Shown here piece by piece: positions 24,602-30,530 of a stretch of 30,530 nucleotides of DNA. The notes beneath the pieces were generated by a model. The model did not search any database. It saw only the letters and a list, made by a program, of their open reading frames with translations, and was not told where the DNA came from. A program made the translations under genes and the position numbers. Each line of letters starts with the position of its first letter. Within the stretch, counting starts at the first letter, position 1. The DNA comes from Gloeobacteraceae cyanobacterium SOY_34_metabat_159 (lineage in GTDB: Bacteria; Cyanobacteriota; Cyanobacteriia; Gloeobacterales; Gloeobacteraceae): positions 1-30,530 of the forward strand of contig JANNPH010000071.1 of NCBI GenBank assembly GCA_031399965.1. The letters are read 5' to 3'.

Positions 24602-24614
24602 TTAGGTACGCATG

Positions 24615-24626
24615 GTTCTGCAGAAC
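24615..24626. promoter_or_regulatory. Perfect 12-bp palindrome GTTCTGCAGAAC, candidate TetR operator
   Basis: It lies 13 nt upstream of the TetR ATG, in the divergent TetR/MutS2 intergenic region. Confidence 0.35.
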
Positions 24627-24770
24627 GAACTCTGGTAGAGGGGGAACGTGAGCAACAGTTGAACACAAGTTTTACATACAGGGGCTGGGAGTGTTCGAGA
24701 TTGTGAAGGCTTAATCGGGTTCGCTGTATTAGGATCGTGACAAGGACTGCTGTGCCGGCCAATTGAGTGG

Positions 24771-27149
24771 TTGCCGGTCATCCTGATTGCCGTGTCTCCT
24801 CTCAGTACTGAAACCCGTGAATTGCTCGGTTGGCCCCGTCTTTGTGGCCACTTTGCTTCGTTTGCAAACACGAAGGCGGGTAAGCGAACTGCAGAAACCC
24901 TGGTGCCGTTTGCCCGACAGACCGAGGCCGAGCAGTGGCTTGAGCGCACCGGTGAAGCCCTCTACCTGAGCGAGGTGATTCCGGGGGGCCTGGGCTTTGA
25001 CGGCGTTCAGGATATTGAAATGGCCGTTGCCCGCGCCGGTCGCGGCGGCGTACTGGAACCAGAAGCGCTCCTCGCCATTGCCTCGACCCTGGCGGCGGCC
25101 CGCCGTTTGCGCCGCACTATTGACGAACGCGAGGAGCGGGTACCGCAACTGGCCTTGCTGGTGGTGGACGTGCGCACTTTCCCGGAAGTAGAGCAGGCTG
25201 TTTACCACGCCATCGACGATACCGGCGAAGTGGCGGACCGGGCGAGCGAGAAGCTCAGCAGCCTGCGCTCCAGCCATAAACGGTTGCGCGCCGAGATCCA
25301 GCGCACCTTATTACAACTATTGCAGCGCCGCCCTAACTGCTTTCAGGAGAGCCTGATCACCCAGCGCGGCGACCGCTTCGTAGTGCCGGTCAAGGTCACC
25401 CACCGCGATCAAGTGCCCGGTATCGTCCATGACGCCTCAGCAAGCGGTCAGACGCTTTACGTCGAGCCGATGACGGTCGTCGATGCAGGTAACCGCCTGC
25501 GCGAAGGACTGCGCGCCGAGCTTGTCGAAATCGAGCGCATTTTGACAGAACTGAGCGCCCGCGTGCAGGAACACGCTTTCGAGCTTGCGCACCTGCACGC
25601 TGTGCTGGTTGCCCTCGACCTTGCCTCGGCGCGCGCCCGCTACGCAGTCTGGCTCACAGCCGTGCGCCCCACTTTCACAGTGCGCGGCTGCCGGCTCTCC
25701 CGCGTCCGTCACCCGCTGCTCATCTGGCAGGAGCGCCACGAGCAGGGTCAGCCGGTGGTACCGACCGATTTGCCAATCGATCCGGAGATCCGGGCCGTGG
25801 TGATCACGGGTCCAAATACCGGCGGCAAGACCGTGACGCTCAAGACCCTGGGCCTGATCGTGCTGATGGCCCAATCGGGACTGTACGTACCCGCCCGCGA
25901 CCCGGCCTCGCTCCCCTGGTTCGATCAGGTGCTCGCCGACATCGGCGACGAGCAATCAATCGAGCAAAACCTCTCGACGTTTTCAGGCCACATCCGCCGG
26001 ATCGTACGCATCCTTGCAACCCTCACAGCTGGTTCCCTCGTGTTGCTCGACGAAGTGGGAGCGGGCACCGACCCCCAGGAAGGAGCAGCCCTCGCCCGTG
26101 CCTTACTGGTAAGTCTGGCTGAGCGGGCGAGCCTCACTCTGGCCACGACGCACTACGGCGAATTGAAGGCGCTCAAATATACCCAGTCCCACTTCGAGAA
26201 CGCCTCGGTCGAATTTGACCTCGCGACCCTCTCGCCTACTTTCCGGCTGCTGTGGGGAGTGCCGGGCCGCTCGAATGCGCTCTCCGTCGCTGAGCGTCTG
26301 GGGATCGAGCCTGAAATCGTCGCGCAGGCTCAGGCGGGTCTGAGTGAAGCCGATGTGCAGCTCGACCGGGTGATCGGCGCTCTCCAAACCGAGGTCCAGG
26401 CTCAAGAAGCACAGGTGCGCCGGACCGGCGCACTGCAGGCCGAAGTCGAGCGGCTACAGTCAGAACTATTGCGCCAGCAGGCTGCCCTCGACCAGCGCGA
26501 GACGCAACTGCGCGTCCGCCAGGACCAGCAGGTGCGCGAAGTGGTCGCCCAGGCCCGCGCCGAGGTGGCAAGCGTCATCCGCACCCTCCAGCGCGGCGAT
26601 GCCACGGCCCAGCAGGCCCAGGCAGCCTCCGAGGCCCTGCGCCAGATCGCCGAAGACTACGTAAGTGAAGACGAACCGGCCGAGTACCGACCGCAACCGG
26701 GTGAAAAAGTCGAGATTATCTCCCTCGGCCAGCTGGGCGAAGTGTTGAGTGCTCCCGATAGCGGTGGCCAGGTGCGCGTCCAGGTCGGCATCCTCAAGCT
26801 CACCGTGCCGGTAACGCAACTGCGTGCTCCCGGCAGTGCCCAGAAGAAAAAGCCACTCCGTCCGGTGGAACCATTCAGGCCCCCAGTACCTGCGAAGCCC
26901 GAACCGCTCGTTCGTACCGAATCTCAAACAGTTGACCTGCGCGGCAAGCGCGTCTCCGAGGCAGAAGTGCTGCTCGAACCACAGCTCAACCGCGAACGCG
27001 GCCCGCTCTGGGTCATTCACGGCCACGGCACCGGCAAGCTGCGCGACGGCGTCCACGAAATCCTGCAGCGCCATCCGCGCGTCGCCCGCTTCGAGTTTGC
27101 CGAAAGGCAGGACGGCGGAAACGGCGTCACAGTTGTCTTCTTGAAGTGA
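24771..27149 (+). CDS. mutS2: Endonuclease MutS2 (MutS domain V ATPase + C-terminal Smr domain)
   Basis: A 792-aa ORF.
- N-terminus: ELLGWPRLCGHFASFA
- Walker A: ITGPNTGGKTVTLKT
- Walker B: LVLLDEVGAGTDP
- A coiled-coil region
- Smr domain: VDLRGKRVSEAE...VIHGHGTGKLR

The start is uncertain: TTG 24771 as in the track, or in-frame GTG 24792. Confidence 0.9.
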   Translation: MPVILIAVSPLSTETRELLGWPRLCGHFASFANTKAGKRTAETLVPFARQTEAEQWLERTGEALYLSEVIPGGLGFDGVQDIEMAVARAGRGGVLEPEALLAIASTLAAARRLRRTIDEREERVPQLALLVVDVRTFPEVEQAVYHAIDDTGEVADRASEKLSSLRSSHKRLRAEIQRTLLQLLQRRPNCFQESLITQRGDRFVVPVKVTHRDQVPGIVHDASASGQTLYVEPMTVVDAGNRLREGLRAELVEIERILTELSARVQEHAFELAHLHAVLVALDLASARARYAVWLTAVRPTFTVRGCRLSRVRHPLLIWQERHEQGQPVVPTDLPIDPEIRAVVITGPNTGGKTVTLKTLGLIVLMAQSGLYVPARDPASLPWFDQVLADIGDEQSIEQNLSTFSGHIRRIVRILATLTAGSLVLLDEVGAGTDPQEGAALARALLVSLAERASLTLATTHYGELKALKYTQSHFENASVEFDLATLSPTFRLLWGVPGRSNALSVAERLGIEPEIVAQAQAGLSEADVQLDRVIGALQTEVQAQEAQVRRTGALQAEVERLQSELLRQQAALDQRETQLRVRQDQQVREVVAQARAEVASVIRTLQRGDATAQQAQAASEALRQIAEDYVSEDEPAEYRPQPGEKVEIISLGQLGEVLSAPDSGGQVRVQVGILKLTVPVTQLRAPGSAQKKKPLRPVEPFRPPVPAKPEPLVRTESQTVDLRGKRVSEAEVLLEPQLNRERGPLWVIHGHGTGKLRDGVHEILQRHPRVARFEFAERQDGGNGVTVVFLK

Positions 27150-27282
27150 GGCTTGAGAAGGCTGGTTGCTCGTTCTCATCGTCTGAACTAAGTTCGGCTA
27201 CGACTTGCTCGATTGCAAAGGCACGGGCTATTCTGCAGGTGCCGACGCGACCGGCTCCTGGCGAGCAATACCTGTCAAAGTC

Positions 27283-28146
27283 ATGCTCCCTCTGACCGTC
27301 ATTATTCTCACCTTCAATTCAGAAGCCTCACTCCGCCAGGTCGTCGATTCCTGCGCAGGTCTTGCCGCACGTATCCTGGTTGTCGATTCTCTCAGCACCG
27401 ACGGCACAGCCGAACTGGCGCGTTCACTCGGTTGTGAACTCGTCCAGCACCCCTTCGAGAACTACTCGATTCAGCGCAACTGGGCACAAGATTATGCCCG
27501 ACTTGACCCGGAGGCGTGGGTCCTGCACCTCGACAGCGACGAAGTCCTCTCGCCACAACTCATCGAAAGTATCCGCACAGTGCTCGCGGTGCCGCAATCT
27601 GGTACAGACGGTTATTTGATGCGCCGACTTTCTTATTTCCTCGGGCAGCCCATCCGTTTTGGCCATATCAACCCGAGCTGGCATCTGCGCCTCTACAAGG
27701 CGGCTTGCGGTTTTTGCGAAGAGCGGTTGTACGATCAGCACTTCGTTTCTACCGGACAGACCCGCAAGCTAGAGGGTCTATTACTCGATTTACAACTGAC
27801 GACTCTAGAGAAGTGGACTGCCGCCCACAACCGCTGGTCGAGTGCCGAGGCGACTGAAGCCACAGCCGAGCGCGATTCGGAAGCGCGCACCCTGCCCGCA
27901 AAACTTTTGGGCGACCCGCGCATGCGCAAGCGCTGGCTCAAGAACAACCTCTGGTATCGCAGCCCGCTCCTGGTCCGCCCGCTGGTCTTCTTCCTGTATT
28001 CGTATATTTTACGGCTGGGGTTTCTCGACGGTCAGGCCGGTCTCATCTATCACTTTTTGCAGTCTTTCTGGTTTCGTTTTCTAGTCGATGCCAAGATCTT
28101 CGAGTTGCAGATGAACAGCCAACCCGGCAGGTCAAAGGGGAGCTAG
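27283..28146 (+). CDS. Family 2 glycosyltransferase
   Basis: The track ORF starts at TTG 27205. ATG 27283 gives MLPLTVIILTFNSE. Motifs are VVDSLSTDGT, HLDSDE (DxD), and a C-terminal amphipathic/hydrophobic tail with GFLDGQAG. Confidence 0.85.
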   Translation: MLPLTVIILTFNSEASLRQVVDSCAGLAARILVVDSLSTDGTAELARSLGCELVQHPFENYSIQRNWAQDYARLDPEAWVLHLDSDEVLSPQLIESIRTVLAVPQSGTDGYLMRRLSYFLGQPIRFGHINPSWHLRLYKAACGFCEERLYDQHFVSTGQTRKLEGLLLDLQLTTLEKWTAAHNRWSSAEATEATAERDSEARTLPAKLLGDPRMRKRWLKNNLWYRSPLLVRPLVFFLYSYILRLGFLDGQAGLIYHFLQSFWFRFLVDAKIFELQMNSQPGRSKGS

Positions 28147-28153
28147 AGCACTC

Positions 28154-28648
28154 TCACGAGCTACCGGTCGTGTAGCGGCTGATGAGCGCCTGCAACCTGG
28201 AGAAGGGCGGTGCGCTGTTGTCGATGCGGGTACTGCAGTTGGAGACAATCCACTTGCCGCGAGAGTTGTAGAAGGTATAGGTCATATCTTGCCCGTCCGA
28301 GGCCGAGGGACAGCCCTCGGAAGAGCGGTTATTGGCTTTGAACTGCTCGAAGTCGGTGCCTTCAATCTGCTCGCTCAGGACCTGCAGATCTTTGCTGTCG
28401 AGCGCCGATTCTTTTACCCGACCGGCCTGATCTGTATAGGAGAAAGAACCGTCCTTACCGAAAACGTAGGCACTGCGGCAGGTTCCTTTCAAGCAGCGTC
28501 CACCGGTGACGTCGATCCGGGTCAAAACTTGCGCTTTGGGCTGGCGCTGGGCCAGCAGCACCGGTGCATCCACTGCCTGTACCAGGGCAGGAGCGAAGAT
28601 GCCGCAGACCAGTAAATAGCTCAGCGTATAAAAGGCCGATTTTTTCAT
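28154..28648 (-). CDS. Hypothetical secreted protein (signal peptide, 4 Cys in the mature part)
   Basis: The track ORF is 28154..28804. ATG 28648 gives MKKSAFYTLSYLLVCGIFAPALVQA, a classic Sec signal peptide with an AxA-like cleavage site. I do not recognise the family. Confidence 0.65.
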   Translation of the reverse strand: MKKSAFYTLSYLLVCGIFAPALVQAVDAPVLLAQRQPKAQVLTRIDVTGGRCLKGTCRSAYVFGKDGSFSYTDQAGRVKESALDSKDLQVLSEQIEGTDFEQFKANNRSSEGCPSASDGQDMTYTFYNSRGKWIVSNCSTRIDNSAPPFSRLQALISRYTTGSS

Positions 28649-28774
28649 GGGTCCGATTTGCAGTTCTACTGTGTCTATTCTAGCTTTCACCGACACTGAG
28701 CTTATGTCCTGGGGTGTAGGGACGGACGGGTGGCCCGTGGTTAACTTGCTATAGACAAGTACACCAAGATTCTT

Positions 28775-29374
28775 ATGAACGAAGCTTACCGATTCATCGA
28801 GCAAGCAACGCGAGAGGCCGGCCGCGCCGTCGAGTCCGTGGCCAATAACACGGTCGTGCGTGCCATTGGGGGAGCGGTGGGCCTGAGCCGTCTGCTCGAT
28901 GCCATCGACAAAGTCGATGTCGAGCAGGTTGTGACCTCGGTCAGGAAACTGCAGTTACAGCATCCCGACGAAAAACCGGCCCAGATTGCCGAGCGGATCA
29001 TGGCTGAAAAGGCGCTCTATGCAGGCGGCATCGGTATTGCCGGCAGCGTCGTGCCCGGTTTTCTGGCCGGACTGCTGGCTATCGATTTAGCGGCAAACTT
29101 GCTTTTGCAGGCACAACTGGTCTACGAAATCGCCTACGCTTACGGCCTCAACCTGCAGCAGACCGAGCGCAAAGGCGAAGTCGTCCTCATCTTTGGACTC
29201 TTCTCCGGCGGCAACCGCGTCTTGAAAATGGGTCTCGGTCCCCTGATGCTCGTGCCGGTTGTCGGTCCTGTCCTGGGGGCGGGCACCAATGCCGCGACGC
29301 TCTACTCCCTTGGCTATGCGGCCTGCCGCTTCTACGAAGCTCAGCTCGCCGAGCCGACGATGACTGCTGCTTAA
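28775..29374 (+). CDS. EcsC/DUF697-like membrane-associated protein
   Basis: A 199-aa ORF. The Gly-rich hydrophobic segments ALYAGGIGIAGSVVPGFLAGLLAIDLAANLLLQAQLVYEIAYAYGL resemble the EcsC/DUF697 pattern. The family call is tentative. Confidence 0.55.
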   Translation: MNEAYRFIEQATREAGRAVESVANNTVVRAIGGAVGLSRLLDAIDKVDVEQVVTSVRKLQLQHPDEKPAQIAERIMAEKALYAGGIGIAGSVVPGFLAGLLAIDLAANLLLQAQLVYEIAYAYGLNLQQTERKGEVVLIFGLFSGGNRVLKMGLGPLMLVPVVGPVLGAGTNAATLYSLGYAACRFYEAQLAEPTMTAA

Positions 29375-29384
29375 GCCCCAACGC

Positions 29385-30212
29385 TTAAGAATCCAGGGCG
29401 CGCACCAGGACGACCTTGGTGAACGCGGGGAAAAAGCCCAGGCGCTCCGCGTTGCGCTCAGAAACCGTGCCTGGGAGCGTGCCGATAGCGGCCAGGTTGC
29501 AACCCTGAGCTTTTGCCATTGCAAGAAAAGCCGCCATCAGTGCCGTATGCACCCCACGCCCGCGATAGGCGCTGAGGGTGCTGGTGGAGGTGATGTAGGC
29601 CATCTCCTCCCGGACGACCAGAGCACCGCCACCTACCGGTTCTCCCGCGAGAAAAATCAGATAACACTGGGCAAACGCTTGAAAGAAAATCGGCTCGAAG
29701 ATTTCGCGGTCATCCTGAGAAAGTGACGCTTCCCCCGTAAAACCCTGCACTACTACACGCCCCCAGGCTCCGACCTCCTCATCACCCATCCTGCGCACTT
29801 CAAAAGCCGGGTCCAGTAGGGGCAGTTCTTCTTCAGAGTCGATGGCGCGCACGAGCGTATTTTGAAACTCTCGAATCTGGTAGCCGCGCCTGGCGAGGAT
29901 AGCAATTAAAGATGGGTCCGCGAGTGGACACACTTCGATGCAGGTCTGAGCGCGATGCTCAGCATAAAACGCCTCCAATTCCTCAATCTCGGACTCTACC
30001 ACCGGGCCATCGAACCCCAGTCCGAGGGCGTGGGTGAGCGGTGAGTAGGCTCCAGCAAAACAGGCAAATCCGCCCGCGACCTTGATTGCCTGGGGAACGA
30101 GCCGCGGATGCAACCGGCGGGCGGCGCGCACACACTCAAAGCCCATCTGCGCCTCGAAGGCTTCCAGCCGCTCGGCCAACTTGTAGTCCGTCAACGGTTT
30201 CATGCGGAGCAT
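29385..30212 (-). CDS. GNAT-family N-acetyltransferase (two-lobed, about 275 aa)
   Basis: The acetyl-CoA motif A is YRGRGVHTALMAAFLAMAKAQG, with the C-terminal ERLGF. Alternative start is Met4 at 30203. Confidence 0.8.
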   Translation of the reverse strand: MLRMKPLTDYKLAERLEAFEAQMGFECVRAARRLHPRLVPQAIKVAGGFACFAGAYSPLTHALGLGFDGPVVESEIEELEAFYAEHRAQTCIEVCPLADPSLIAILARRGYQIREFQNTLVRAIDSEEELPLLDPAFEVRRMGDEEVGAWGRVVVQGFTGEASLSQDDREIFEPIFFQAFAQCYLIFLAGEPVGGGALVVREEMAYITSTSTLSAYRGRGVHTALMAAFLAMAKAQGCNLAAIGTLPGTVSERNAERLGFFPAFTKVVLVRALDS

Positions 30213-30428
30213 CCTGGCAAACGCCTGATAGTTTAGACGATCGGCGGACCGCTTAATCAGCTTCCCTGAATTTCATGGATGGTCTTTCTTTGAAGGGAGT
30301 GGATATGGGAGGTAGGCTAGCATCGAATTTAGTGCGGTTGACGAAGGACGGCTCTGAACGCCATGACCATCACTAACAGCACGCCCGGTCCCAACCGACT
30401 CGACCGATCGAGGCCAGGTAGCAAACAA

Positions 30429-30530
30429 TCACGAAGCGGCTACACTCATCTCCTCGCGGGCCTGCTCGACATGACGCAGGAGCGTGGCCTCGGTGAGCGG
30501 GCCGCCGAGGTGTCCCCAGGGGAGCCGGGC
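30429..30530 (-). CDS. Possible 3' end of an unidentified gene entering from the right edge
   Basis: The minus frame is open from the window edge to TGA at 30429-30431 (..LTEATLLRHVEQAREEMSVAAS). Third positions are mostly G/C. A competing plus-strand ATG at 30363 is also open to the edge, so this call is weak. Confidence 0.25.
   Translation of the reverse strand, partial: ARLPWGHLGGPLTEATLLRHVEQAREEMSVAAS

Noticed and set aside
30363-30530. A plus-strand ATG ORF (MTITNSTPGPNRLDRS...) open to the right edge
   Set aside because: It competes with the minus-strand open frame over the same bases. Neither shows a recognisable motif in about 50 codons, so I did not report it as a feature.
1-30530. 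A search for tRNA, rRNA, CRISPR, IS/transposase, integrase and HIP1-type (GCGATCGC) repeats
   Set aside because: Reading both strands, I recognised none of these. No transposase- or integrase-like ORF is in the track, and I saw no terminal inverted repeats flanking any block.

Overview
The window is a high-GC bacterial chromosomal segment. Its gene content and the AFSPDG-type WD40 repeats suggest a cyanobacterium, possibly Gloeobacter-like, but that is a guess. I found no rRNA, tRNA, CRISPR array or transposase. The supplied ORF track prints alternative start codons (TTG/GTG) as M, so several starts were re-picked by eye.

(1) Bases 1-16203 hold one long run of minus-strand genes forming a hybrid PKS/NRPS secondary-metabolite cluster. 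In transcription order they are:
- an atypical Rossmann/SDR-like ORF
- a HlyD-type adaptor
- an ABC ATPase
- a small 4-Cys ORF
- an Sfp-type PPTase
- an MbtH-like protein
- a 2128-aa type I PKS (KS-AT-DH*-ER*-KR-ACP)
- a SyrD/YojI-type ABC exporter
- a type II thioesterase
- an NRPS (C-A...) that runs off the left edge and is missing from the ORF track

(2) Bases 16497-20098 (+) hold an HTH / NB-ARC (STAND) NTPase / pentapeptide / 14xWD40 gene. A 20-bp tandem duplication splits it into two overlapping ORFs.

(3) Bases 20156-24626 hold the most unusual part. A MarR gene is followed by a compact ACP / ketosynthase / catalytically dead KS-paralogue (CLF-like) operon, closed by a convergent TetR gene. 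This looks like an orphan type II (discrete) PKS-like cassette. Its KS carries Cys-His-Asn instead of Cys-His-His.

(4) Bases 24771-30530 look like ordinary housekeeping or accessory genes: MutS2, a GT2 glycosyltransferase, a small secreted protein, an EcsC/DUF697-like protein, a GNAT acetyltransferase and a short partial ORF.

All domain calls are by-eye motif recognition. No database search was possible.
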